From: Promethearchaeota archaeon
GTDB lineage: Archaea; Asgardarchaeota; Lokiarchaeia; Sigyniarchaeales; SOKP01
Direction: 5' to 3'
Length of the DNA: 32,000 nucleotides
NCBI GenBank assembly: GCA_030606485.1
Contig: JAUWGH010000005.1
Coordinates: forward strand, 120,001-152,000
Below the pieces are notes generated by a model, which did no database searches, had not been told where the DNA came from, and saw only the letters and a list, made by a program, of their open reading frames with translations. A program made the translations under genes and the position numbers. Below are positions 1 to 9,440 of the stretch, piece by piece; the stretch's first letter is position 1; each line of letters starts with the position of its first letter.

Positions 1-2
1 AA

Positions 3-1289
3 GAAAAAATAAACGAGGAAAAAAAATCTTACATTTTCTTGGCTAAAGATATTCCTCCAATCGGTTATGCCTTATATTCCATTAGGAAAAACCAATCTTC
101 AAATCAGGAACAATTTAATTTGGAACAAAAAAAATTCAACATTCTAACTATTGAAAATAATCTTCTAAAATTGAATTTTAAAGATGGAAAATTAATTAGT
201 ATTTATAATAAAAAAGATAAATATGAGCTGAATTCAAATGGCAAATATTCAATTGGAGGGTTAAGAATCCATAATGATCGAGGAGATGGTTATTATATTG
301 GAAGAATTGGAAAAGTCCATCATATGTATGATTTTCAACTAGAAGTTGTCGAAAAAGGACCAGTTAGAACCGTCGTTAAATTAAATGGGAAATTAAAATG
401 CAAAAGTAAGATTTTATTTAAATCAATTAACGAAATCACTCAATATATCATAATTCCTAATTTTGGTGATGTAAGAATTGATTTTATTACTATCTTTTAC
501 AATAACATAAGAAACATTCGTATTCAAGCCTGTTTTCCAATTCCTATATCAAACCCTACTATAAGATCAGAAATTCCATATGGATTTATTGAGCGAAATA
601 TTGAACCAAAAGTGGGAAAATCATGGAAGGAAATAAATAAACATTTTGAACATTATGATAGAATAAAACCTGTTATTAATTGGATGGACTTTTCGAATAT
701 TAAGGAGAAAAAAGGAGTTTCAATTATGAATTATGGAATACCAGAATATGAAATTGGTAAAAATAAAGACTCTTGCTATCTGACTCTCATGCGAAGTACT
801 GGATTACTTTCAAATATAATATACGGAACCGTTCCTGCCATAGCTGGCCCTTTTTATCGGATTCCTAAAGCTTATGCAATTGGAGATCATACATTTAGAT
901 ACTCTTTATATTTATATAATGGTGATTTTCCTAATAACCTTATAGCTAAAAAAGCTCAAAATTTTAACATACCCTTGATTGTTCGGAAGATCAAGCATAA
1001 TAAGGGCAAATTAGGAAGTGAATTTAGTCTTTTTTTAATTGAACCTAAAAATTTTATAGTATCATCAATAAAAAAACCTGAAGATGGAAATAATAGCCTC
1101 TTAATTAGATTATTAGAAACATCTGGAAAAAAATCAACAGGGGTAGTAAAATTCAATCAAAAAATTAAGAATGTTATAAAAGTGAATTTATTAGAACTCC
1201 CAATTGAGGAGATAAAGATTGAGAATGATAATTCCTTTACTTTTGGATCAAATCCACAAGAGATATTGAGTTTCATTATAAAAATATGA
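3..1289 (+). CDS. Glycoside hydrolase family 38 (alpha-mannosidase-like), C-terminal part; 5'-truncated by the window edge
   Basis: The frame is open from nt 3 (EKINEEKKSYIFLAKDIPPIGY...), so the TTG at 39 is not the real start. GH38 C-terminal beta-sandwich features: 'VVEKGPVRTVV', 'SEIPYGFIER', 'PVINWMD', 'LTLMRS', 'GDHTFRYSL', 'LLIRLLETSG', 'VNLLE', 'PQEILSF'. The catalytic N-terminal domain is outside the window. Confidence 0.85.
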   Translation, partial: EKINEEKKSYIFLAKDIPPIGYALYSIRKNQSSNQEQFNLEQKKFNILTIENNLLKLNFKDGKLISIYNKKDKYELNSNGKYSIGGLRIHNDRGDGYYIGRIGKVHHMYDFQLEVVEKGPVRTVVKLNGKLKCKSKILFKSINEITQYIIIPNFGDVRIDFITIFYNNIRNIRIQACFPIPISNPTIRSEIPYGFIERNIEPKVGKSWKEINKHFEHYDRIKPVINWMDFSNIKEKKGVSIMNYGIPEYEIGKNKDSCYLTLMRSTGLLSNIIYGTVPAIAGPFYRIPKAYAIGDHTFRYSLYLYNGDFPNNLIAKKAQNFNIPLIVRKIKHNKGKLGSEFSLFLIEPKNFIVSSIKKPEDGNNSLLIRLLETSGKKSTGVVKFNQKIKNVIKVNLLELPIEEIKIENDNSFTFGSNPQEILSFIIKI

Positions 1290-1310
1290 AATATTAATGC
1301 AACTAAAAAA

Positions 1311-2912
1311 TTAAATCAAAGAGCTTCCAACCATACTTGGATGTGCTTTTCTACCTAGCATTTGTAATAATGTTGGAACAATATCTGTTGTCGCACAATA
1401 AGGAATTTCTTTATGAGGAATTTCTGAAGAACCTCCAATTAATAAAGGCACAATTGCACAGTCTCTAAGACCCAAATCATGGAAATGAATATTGTCACTT
1501 TTTTGCTTACCATGGGCAATATTAAAAATAACACTCCCATCGGTGCTCAGGATAATATCACCACTTCGAGGGTTTTTAAAATGACGTGGAATTAAATCAG
1601 GATACATTGGAAAATCAAGATGATATGTGGCGTCCATCCATTCGTGATTTGAATGAAATTTACCATCTAGTAATTTACTGGCAGTTTCATCCTTTAAATA
1701 ACCAAATATATCATTATCATCATCTTCAGAAATGTATTTAGTCTTATAATCTATGTTTGTCCCTTTATATTCTATTTTACCAGTGTATATCTTTCCAGTT
1801 TTCTTATCTTTTCGTTTTAAATATACAATCCCTTTACGATGAGTATTGTTATCATCTTTATAATACATCAATTGACTGTGTTCAATATTAAATAATTTAT
1901 CTAATAGATTAACCCGTTTTGGTCCAAAATTTTCAAGCTCCTTCAAAATAGGCAGTCTCCATTGATATTTATTCTCTTGAAGTAAATTATTGCGTCCTCT
2001 GAAATAAAAAAAGCCAACGCCACCAAATTCAGCCAAATTGAAATTTCCTTTATAATTTGCACGTGGTTCATATGGCTTCAAACCATTTTTTAAATAAATA
2101 GAACTTAAATCCCCAACTTTATTCGCTCGATAATTTCCATGATCAGATGTAATTGATAGGGCAGTTTCGTCTAAATAACCCAATTCTTCTAATCCATCTA
2201 ATAGAACCCCCAAGACTTTATCAATATGCATCAAGTTTAACTTATACAAGTGGCTATCGTATCCAAAAACATGCATTAAAAGATCAGAAGATAAGAAATA
2301 GATTAAACTCCCAATTGGAGGTTCTTTGTTTCGAAAATACTTTTTTGGGTTTTTAAAATTATCTAACAGTAAATGTATCACTTTTGAATTGAATCTAGCA
2401 ATTGCTTTTTTCAAATTTGGGTAATATTTTAATAATAAATAATAAAATCCTATTCTTATTTTGGATTTGGGGAAAAAATAAGATGTTCCCCGATTGCAAA
2501 ACTGAGTGATACTTGTTTTATTTCCATCTCCAACCATTTCAAGAAGAGTTTTACAATTTTTGCCTAAATCTTCATTCATTTTAAAAGCATGAATGACATT
2601 AGAACCATAACTTCTGAGGATTGGAGGTGCTACATCGCGACCCATCCAATTAAAAGTAGGGATCCCATGACAATATTCTTTCCGATAATCTCCAGTATAT
2701 GTGCCCGTTATTATCGTTGGTTGAGTAGGCAACGTTACTGATGGAAAATCAGTAATACAATTTTTAGAAAAAATCCCTTCATCCTTTAATTTTTTTAAAT
2801 TCGGAAGTAAGCCGCTATTGATAAATTTAAATAAATGTTCTGCTCGAAGACAATCAATTATGCATAAAATTACGCGATTTATTTTATTCAAATTTTTTCT
2901 TTTGCCGCCCAT
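1311..2912 (-). CDS. Alkaline phosphatase superfamily protein, nucleotide pyrophosphatase/phosphodiesterase (NPP)-like
   Basis: Metal and nucleophile motifs occur in the canonical order: 'IIDCLR' (Asp), 'FPSVTLPTQPTIITG' (Thr nucleophile), 'DLLMHVFG', 'TSDHG', late 'HFHDLG', and C-terminal 'TTDIVPTLLQMLG'. No obvious signal peptide. Confidence 0.8.
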   Translation of the reverse strand: MGGKRKNLNKINRVILCIIDCLRAEHLFKFINSGLLPNLKKLKDEGIFSKNCITDFPSVTLPTQPTIITGTYTGDYRKEYCHGIPTFNWMGRDVAPPILRSYGSNVIHAFKMNEDLGKNCKTLLEMVGDGNKTSITQFCNRGTSYFFPKSKIRIGFYYLLLKYYPNLKKAIARFNSKVIHLLLDNFKNPKKYFRNKEPPIGSLIYFLSSDLLMHVFGYDSHLYKLNLMHIDKVLGVLLDGLEELGYLDETALSITSDHGNYRANKVGDLSSIYLKNGLKPYEPRANYKGNFNLAEFGGVGFFYFRGRNNLLQENKYQWRLPILKELENFGPKRVNLLDKLFNIEHSQLMYYKDDNNTHRKGIVYLKRKDKKTGKIYTGKIEYKGTNIDYKTKYISEDDDNDIFGYLKDETASKLLDGKFHSNHEWMDATYHLDFPMYPDLIPRHFKNPRSGDIILSTDGSVIFNIAHGKQKSDNIHFHDLGLRDCAIVPLLIGGSSEIPHKEIPYCATTDIVPTLLQMLGRKAHPSMVGSSLI

Positions 2913-2935
2913 TAATTTAAAAAATTAATAAAAGA

Positions 2936-3008
2936 AGCCTCCGAAGGGATTTGAACCCCTGACCGTCAGATTACAAGTCTGACGCTCTACCAGCTAAGCT
3001 ACGGAGGC
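2936..3008 (-). tRNA. tRNA-Thr(UGU), intron-less, CCA not encoded
   Basis: Reverse complement GCCTCCG TA GCTT AGCTGGTA GAGC G TCAGA CT-TGT-AA TCTGA CGGTC AGGGG TTCAAAT CCCTT CGGAGGC T folds into a full cloverleaf. Acceptor stem is a perfect 7 bp, anticodon TGT, discriminator U (typical of archaeal tRNA-Thr). Confidence 0.98.
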
Positions 3009-3272
3009 ATATTTTTAAAATTTAAACACTTTTTAATTCATGTATTTTTACTGAACAAATCTAAATTCTATAATTATTTAGAGATTTAATATCTATTAAT
3101 TTTTCTTTTCCTATTGTTTTGTTTCACGATTTATGTATTTATAGAATTTAAAAAAATCATTTTCTAAATTAAAAAAATTCTTAAAGAAAATTTAAAATCA
3201 AAAATACTAAAATTTAAGGTGAATCCATTATTATAACATGTAATTTTCTAAATAAAAATTTATATCTCTAAA

Positions 3273-3677
3273 GTGGTCGAAATGATTGAAGTATTTAATA
3301 AAAAATATAAAAGAACAGGATATATTGATGGAAAAAAATATTTGAATAAAAAGAAAAAATTATTAGGTTTTTTAGAAAAAAATGTTGTAAAAAAAATGGA
3401 TGGCTTTGCGTTACTTATGCTTGATAACCATAATACGATTAGAGCTAACGATGGTTTCCAATATGGATTTATATTAGAATCAAAAATTTGTGATAATAAT
3501 GGACCGATCTTTATGTTTTCAAAGGAAAAAGGAGAAATTCTCAATTCTGATGGAGAAGTTATATTATATTTAGAAGGAGACATTGAAAATATTGAAGATT
3601 TAGATTTTTTTGGAATTGCAGCAATTTATCTAAAGTCCGTATGGAGTGAGAGGATATTTGGTGTCAAGTTTATTTAA
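3273..3677 (+). CDS. Hypothetical protein, beta-hairpin repeats plus a C-terminal hydrophobic helix
   Basis: Repeated G-x-I/L/F beta-hairpin units and a terminal helix 'DFFGIAAIYL'. The start is GTG at 3273 or ATG at 3282. Confidence 0.65.
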   Translation: MVEMIEVFNKKYKRTGYIDGKKYLNKKKKLLGFLEKNVVKKMDGFALLMLDNHNTIRANDGFQYGFILESKICDNNGPIFMFSKEKGEILNSDGEVILYLEGDIENIEDLDFFGIAAIYLKSVWSERIFGVKFI

Positions 3678-4009
3678 TACATATATAAAAAATAAATTTT
3701 ACACCATATATGCATTTTAGATGGATTTCAACTAACCTAAACATGATTATTTAAATACATTATCTAACTTTCATAAATACTAATCTCATGTCTCGTTCAT
3801 AATATCCTTGAGCATTATTTGCGTTATATCCAAATTTTTCTTTGCTAATCGTAAAAGAAATAAAAATTAACAGAGAGGTGGGGTTAAAAAATTTTTATTA
3901 AAAATTAAGGAAACCCTTGATTAAAATACGAATTTGTTATAACAACAAGAACTTTTCTTAAAAACGTAACAAATATATATTAAATTTACTTCAATTTATA
4001 GGAAAAATT

Positions 4010-4342
4010 GTGCCGATTAAGAAAGAAGACATACAGATATTGGCTTACCGACAATACAAATATAATGAATCTTACGAACATATTTGCTGGCGTTTAGCTG
4101 AACTAACGGAGACTATAAAGATAAATATCACTAATGGACATGACGTTGAGGCTTTAGAGTCTGAAAATTTAGTTTTCTTTTTAAAAAATGATACGTTAAT
4201 AGAGCCAAGCCGTGATGATATTGCAGAAACTGCAGAAAAAATCTATCACAACTCTCCAGAGAAATCAAAATTACACTGGTTTATCGCTGAAAAAACTTTA
4301 TTGTTAGAAGAGATTAAAAAAGCTTTAGTCAGAAATGGCTAA
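4010..4342 (+). CDS. Small protein with two tandem DUF2934-like repeats
   Basis: GTG start. Gapless internal repeat D-I-x3-A-x3-Y-x10-W-x-[LI]-A-E at 'DIQILAYRQYKYNESYEHICWRLAE' and 'DIAETAEKIYHNSPEKSKLHWFIAE'. Confidence 0.7.
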   Translation: MPIKKEDIQILAYRQYKYNESYEHICWRLAELTETIKINITNGHDVEALESENLVFFLKNDTLIEPSRDDIAETAEKIYHNSPEKSKLHWFIAEKTLLLEEIKKALVRNG

Positions 4343-4383
4343 AATAAATTAATTTTTTTACATGAAATTAATTAATTTATTTT

Positions 4384-7323
4384 TTAAAAAAATGAATCCA
4401 TTTTTTTTATTCCTCTAATTTCTTCATAAGATATGCCCAAAGCATCAAGGAGTTGTTCAACTGCATTTTTTAATAAATTTCTATACGCTTTTCCATCAAT
4501 ATCTTCGAGTTTGGCTAATTCTACTGGTTTAACACCTATACTATCTCTTGTTTTAACAAATGAAACTATATCTCCCTTTTGTAGTTCCTTCTTTGTAACA
4601 TTTTGCATGATTCGTGCAGCTTTTACGTGTTGAGGTGTAGTTTTAATATATTTATCTAAAGGTCTTTGTAATTCTAAAGAGATTACATAATCATCTTTTG
4701 TAAATCCGTCCTTTTTTCCAATCGCATTTTGATCTTTTCTGATAATATCAATAATTTTTTGACGTGATTTATCAAATTCTTCGTTATTAGTAATATCTCT
4801 TAATATTTCAGTTAATTGACCAAAAGTTTTCTTGATAAAATTAGGAGTATTACTCTTTTTAGCCGTCATACCTTTAATATCAATAGTTTTTGTACCTGCA
4901 TAAACTCCTATATAATTCTTTTTTCGTTTTGATAGTGCTAAAAATTGATAAGTTTTTTCTTCTTCTAAATCTAAATCCAATTCATCTTTACTCCAATTGG
5001 AAATTTCATTTAATTGGCTATTTGTTGGGCTTTTTAAGAAAATTGAGTCAGTATCGCCGTAAAGAACCTGAATTCCGAGGCTTTCCGCTTTCTTTACCGC
5101 AGATTGAATCGAATATCGACCAATACCTGTTGTGCTTTCAGCAACTGGTAAACAAAATAAGGGGAAATTGGGGCTTCCAAATACACCGTATGAACCATTA
5201 ATAAACACTTTTAGTGCTTGTTGTAAAACCTGGAATATATTTCTCTGTTTTTGGGGTATTAATTTATCTGATGATTTTGGTTTAAAATATTTAACCCTAA
5301 CATCTCTGAAAAATCCAGTTACATAAGAAAATATGCCGGTTCTTTTATTGCAAACGTGATAAGAAATTCCTTTTATAAAATTTTCTTTACAAGTTTCATG
5401 GGGACATTGAACTGTTTCGTAAGATAAGTTATATTCTTTTATTATCGAAGGATAAAGGCTAGCAAAATCCAATACCACCACATTATAATGGACACCTGGG
5501 ACGGGATCTATAACTATAGCACCTTGAAATCCTTTCCCTTCGATTATTGACTGCGATCTCCCTCCCTTTTTTAAATCACTTATTTCAGATCTTTTTGGGA
5601 TTAGATAATTTTTTTCCCTATGTTCAAAATAAAAGATATTTTTTATCCACGCAGAAATTTGGTGTCGAATTAAATCATGAAGGGGCATTTTTGTCATTCT
5701 TAAAAGTATCGTAATAAGGTTCATCACTACTGCATCATTGAACCTTGTTAGTTCCAATGTAATTTCAGAATCTTTATAATTATAATAAATAAGTCGATTA
5801 TATGTCATCTCATGGATTTCTTCATCATGTTTAAATTTTCCTTCACCTAATAAAGCCGTTGTTATCATATCTAATGAATTCCTTTCATATGCCCCTCCAA
5901 AAGCATAACCTTTAATACTCCTATTTGAAAAAAAGCTATATAGATCAATATGTAATCCTTTCTTTAAATTGCATTCTGCTTTCCGCATAGGTCCAAAACC
6001 GGCTCTAACAAGAATAGGATTTAATTGTTCAGAAATTTTAAGCCTTTTTGCTCTATGGAATAAGTAATTAAGATCAAAATTATCACCATTAAATGTTATA
6101 ACTATGGGGTATTTCCACATGATTCGAAAAGTTTCAATCAATAAATCCTTTTCATCCTCAAAAAATACAATTTCTAAATCATCTGGCATTTCCTCTATTT
6201 TTTCTCCCATTGAGAAACCTTCTCTTTCTAATACATAGACCTTTTTTAATCCATCTATCCCAACAAAAGATATACTAATTATTTTGTTTTTAGATTTACT
6301 TGGATCTGGTATTCTCTTCTCATCAGGATTCATATTTATTTCGATATCAATCGCAACCCTTTTTAAATCAATAATAGGCGTATTAAAAATCTCAAGATAC
6401 CTATTAGCAAAATCTTTTAGTGCTTTACTCTCATCTTTAAAGATATCTGAAAGTTCTTTCGCTCTTTCAATTGTCTCCTTTGTACTACCGCTAAAATCTT
6501 TTTTAATTAATTTATTATTTTTTATTTGATAAATCAATCCTGGTATTAATCCTTCATCATAAATATAATTTTGATGATATCTAATATCAGCTTCCCAAGC
6601 ATTTTCTTTTTTTAGAATATCCCTTATAGCTTTTCCTCGAGCACCGATACTTGTGGGTGTTTTTCCGTAGACTTTTGCCATTTCAATTTCCTTATCAAAT
6701 AATAAATCATATCGCTTAATTGTCTCATTTCTGACAAATCCGTCGAAATTCGTTAGATCAATATCATTATCAAGATCAGTTATGCTTCTTTTACTTAAAC
6801 AATAAGGTGTATGACCAGTTGTATCAATCCAAATTTTGATCTCTTTTGATTCTAAATCATAAAATTTACAGTATGCCTTATTTTGCCCTCCATCGTAATC
6901 AACATCTAGTAAAACCCCATTTTCCAAATTCGTGGTGATCTTCCCATTTTCAATAAAAAACCTAACATAAGCAGCTTCTCCAGATTCTCTTTCCTTCTTT
7001 TTGAATTGAGTGTTTTTTTCAAGTAATCCAAAATTAGTGGATTTAGGTTTATAATATAAATTTTTAGGAATCTCTCCTAATGTTTCTTTTTTTGACACTT
7101 TTTCCCCAGATTCTATAACATTAATCTCTTTTTTTGCAATAGTTTTTAGCGGTTCCTTTATCCCTAGAATTTCCCTTTCGATTTGCTCTTTTGTAACCAT
7201 TTGCGGCTGTTCTTCTTCAATAATTTCTTTTTTAGGTTTTTTTTTTTCAATAAATGAAGAAAGAGATACTTGTTCACTCACTTTCTTCGTTTCCTTTTTA
7301 CTTTTCTTTTTGGGTTGAGCCAA
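4384..7323 (-). CDS. polB1: Family B DNA polymerase, PolB1 type (Sulfolobus Dpo1-like)
   Basis: ExoI 'RVAIDIEI', ExoII 'TFNGDNFDL', ExoIII 'YNYKDSEIT'; motif A 'DFASLYPSII', motif B 'QQALKVFINGSYG', motif C 'YGDTDS'. Segments 'LLDVDYDG..KAYCKFYD', 'GHTPY', 'LHIDLY.FF.N', 'ISAWIKN..Y.EHR' and 'TPQHVKAA' match recalled PolB1 sequences. TTG start. Confidence 0.95.
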   Translation of the reverse strand: MAQPKKKSKKETKKVSEQVSLSSFIEKKKPKKEIIEEEQPQMVTKEQIEREILGIKEPLKTIAKKEINVIESGEKVSKKETLGEIPKNLYYKPKSTNFGLLEKNTQFKKKERESGEAAYVRFFIENGKITTNLENGVLLDVDYDGGQNKAYCKFYDLESKEIKIWIDTTGHTPYCLSKRSITDLDNDIDLTNFDGFVRNETIKRYDLLFDKEIEMAKVYGKTPTSIGARGKAIRDILKKENAWEADIRYHQNYIYDEGLIPGLIYQIKNNKLIKKDFSGSTKETIERAKELSDIFKDESKALKDFANRYLEIFNTPIIDLKRVAIDIEINMNPDEKRIPDPSKSKNKIISISFVGIDGLKKVYVLEREGFSMGEKIEEMPDDLEIVFFEDEKDLLIETFRIMWKYPIVITFNGDNFDLNYLFHRAKRLKISEQLNPILVRAGFGPMRKAECNLKKGLHIDLYSFFSNRSIKGYAFGGAYERNSLDMITTALLGEGKFKHDEEIHEMTYNRLIYYNYKDSEITLELTRFNDAVVMNLITILLRMTKMPLHDLIRHQISAWIKNIFYFEHREKNYLIPKRSEISDLKKGGRSQSIIEGKGFQGAIVIDPVPGVHYNVVVLDFASLYPSIIKEYNLSYETVQCPHETCKENFIKGISYHVCNKRTGIFSYVTGFFRDVRVKYFKPKSSDKLIPQKQRNIFQVLQQALKVFINGSYGVFGSPNFPLFCLPVAESTTGIGRYSIQSAVKKAESLGIQVLYGDTDSIFLKSPTNSQLNEISNWSKDELDLDLEEEKTYQFLALSKRKKNYIGVYAGTKTIDIKGMTAKKSNTPNFIKKTFGQLTEILRDITNNEEFDKSRQKIIDIIRKDQNAIGKKDGFTKDDYVISLELQRPLDKYIKTTPQHVKAARIMQNVTKKELQKGDIVSFVKTRDSIGVKPVELAKLEDIDGKAYRNLLKNAVEQLLDALGISYEEIRGIKKMDSFF

Positions 7324-7521
7324 CTTTAAGACCTTATTTTAATTTTCTTTATATTTCCAAATATAGTATAATCAAGGTTTAATAAAATATACTCTTATTA
7401 CAATTTTAATATAAAAAACAATTTGAAAATTTTTTAAGAAAATTAAATTGAAAAATTATAAAATTGAAAAAGAATTTAAATCCAAAATTAAAGAATTTTA
7501 ATATAAATTGGTGAATAGAAG

Positions 7522-8007
7522 TTGAAAGAAAAACATGGACCTCCCGTAGGTAAAGAGTTCCCTCGCGCGCATCTTATACATACTATCCTTCCAATTATTT
7601 TTACAATAATATGGATGTTAGATACTTTTATTTTTCAATTCTCAACAATACTTAATTTATTTATCCCTGATGTGATTCGAATAATTATATTCATAATAGT
7701 ACTGATTATCTCTTTTACATTAATGAGATTAGTGAGTAAAGCTTTATTTCAAGGAAAACAAGAGACTCCAACATTAATAACAAATGGTATTTTTGCTCAT
7801 GTTCGTCATCCTATGTACCTTGGTGTTCTTTTAATTTATATAGCATTTATCTTTTTATCAATATCGATTATCTGCATTATTCTATGGATATTTATCCTCA
7901 TCCCCTATAATATTATGGCAACTTATGAAGAGAAGGATCTTGAAAAGATATTCGGGGAGGAATATCTAAAATATAAAAACAAAGTTCCAAAATGGATTCC
8001 AAGATAA
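7522..8007 (+). CDS. Isoprenylcysteine carboxylmethyltransferase / PEMT family membrane methyltransferase
   Basis: About four TM segments, signature 'LITNGIFAHVRHPMYLG' and C-terminal 'EEKDL...FGEEY..YK.KVP.WIP'. Confidence 0.85.
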   Translation: MKEKHGPPVGKEFPRAHLIHTILPIIFTIIWMLDTFIFQFSTILNLFIPDVIRIIIFIIVLIISFTLMRLVSKALFQGKQETPTLITNGIFAHVRHPMYLGVLLIYIAFIFLSISIICIILWIFILIPYNIMATYEEKDLEKIFGEEYLKYKNKVPKWIPR

Positions 8008-8201
8008 TTTATACTAAGGGTGCAAAATTTTAAAGTAGGATTCAATAAAAAAAAACAACTCACTTGAAATCTCTTTAAAAACCACTCATTCTTTTTACTT
8101 CAAATAATAAAAATAATAATATAATCTTTAATTCTATCACATAATTCAATTTAAAAGTTAAGTAAAATCTTAAAGATAATAAATCTAAGTTGATGATATT
8201 A

Positions 8202-9398
8202 ATGGAAAGAAAAGATGTTTATATATGCTATGCTAATAGAACTGCTATTGGTGCTTTTGGCGGAGGTCTTTTGCCATATAATGCGGGAAGATTACTAAGC
8301 TTTGTGATAAAGGATTGTGTAGAGTCCACTGGAATTGATCCATCCATCATTTCCGATATAAAATCAGGATGTTGTATGGAATATCAAGAAGAAATGAATA
8401 CTGCTAGAGTAGGTGCGCTTATGGCAGGAATTCCACAAGAAGTACCGGCTATGACAATTAATAGAGTCTGTACATCTGCTATGGAAGCCGTAAGAGCCGG
8501 AATGGTTGATATCCAAATGGGTTATTCCGATGTTGTTTTAGCGGGTGGGGTCGAATCAATGAGCAATGTTCCGTATTATCTCCCCTCCTTGCGATTTGGA
8601 GCAAGATTAAGAAATACGGAAGCAAAATGCGGATTAATGGAAGGGCTGCATGCCGGGAGTAAAGTTTTTGCTCCCCCTGGGTATATTATGGGTCTCACTG
8701 CAGAAAGTTGTGCTGAAAAATATGGAATCACGCGTGAAATGCAAGATGAAGCGGCTTTAAGATCACATAATAATGCAGAAAAGGCAACAGTATCTGGTAG
8801 GTTTAAAGATGAAATTATCCCAATTGAAGTAAAAACAAGGAAAAAAACCTATATATTTGATAAAGATGAACATTTTAGACCTGGTTTAACTATGGAAGCT
8901 TTGCAAGCATTAAGACCTGTATTTAGTAAAGATGGAACGGTAACTGCCGGTAATTCTTCGGGAATTAATGACGGTGCATGTATGACACTATTAACAACTA
9001 AAGATCGAGCAGAAGAACTGGGACTGACTCCCTTAGCAAAAATAATCACGATCTCATTAACAGGTAATGATCCGGCATACATGGGAATGGGACCAATGTA
9101 TTCAGCTCCAAAAGCTCTTAAACAAGCAAATATGGAATATAAGGATATTGATTTGGTTGAATGCAATGAAGCGTTCGCTGCACAATATATGGCCGTTGCA
9201 AAACAATTAAATTGGGATATTGAAAAAACCAACGTAAATGGCTCAGGAATGGGTTTAGGGCATCCAGTGGGTTGTACGGGTGCAAGAATAATAGTAACTT
9301 TGATTCATGAGATGAAAAAAAGAAGTGTTTCTTATGGGCTAGCCACATTGTGTGGTGGAGGCGGCGTCTCAGAAGCAACAATCATAGAAAATATATAA
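8202..9398 (+). CDS. Thiolase (acetyl-CoA C-acyltransferase family)
   Basis: Nucleophile 'NRVCTSA', 'GGVESMS', 'TVTAGNSSGINDGA', 'NEAF', 'GHPVGCTGAR' and 'LCGGGG'. ATG at 8202 (MERKDVY) is preferred over TTG at 8190. Confidence 0.95.
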   Translation: MERKDVYICYANRTAIGAFGGGLLPYNAGRLLSFVIKDCVESTGIDPSIISDIKSGCCMEYQEEMNTARVGALMAGIPQEVPAMTINRVCTSAMEAVRAGMVDIQMGYSDVVLAGGVESMSNVPYYLPSLRFGARLRNTEAKCGLMEGLHAGSKVFAPPGYIMGLTAESCAEKYGITREMQDEAALRSHNNAEKATVSGRFKDEIIPIEVKTRKKTYIFDKDEHFRPGLTMEALQALRPVFSKDGTVTAGNSSGINDGACMTLLTTKDRAEELGLTPLAKIITISLTGNDPAYMGMGPMYSAPKALKQANMEYKDIDLVECNEAFAAQYMAVAKQLNWDIEKTNVNGSGMGLGHPVGCTGARIIVTLIHEMKKRSVSYGLATLCGGGGVSEATIIENI

Positions 9399-9440
9399 AA
9401 ATAGCAGAAATTAAAATTATCTTTTTCTATTAATTTTTTT

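Noticed and set aside
2936-3008. tRNA-Thr as an attachment site for an integrated element
   Set aside because: I found no duplicated tRNA 3' segment and no integrase, transposase or viral gene in the window; the flanking genes look chromosomal.
3700-3895. Mixed-composition intergenic stretch with short open frames on both strands and an SD-like GAGGTG at about 3875-3880
   Set aside because: All frames are short, start-less or interrupted, and resemble no family I recognise. The SD-like motif has no start codon at a suitable distance.
7522-8007. ICMT-family gene as evidence of eukaryote-like CaaX prenylation processing
   Set aside because: This family is widespread in prokaryotes, and no prenyltransferase or CaaX-ending substrate gene is evident in the window.
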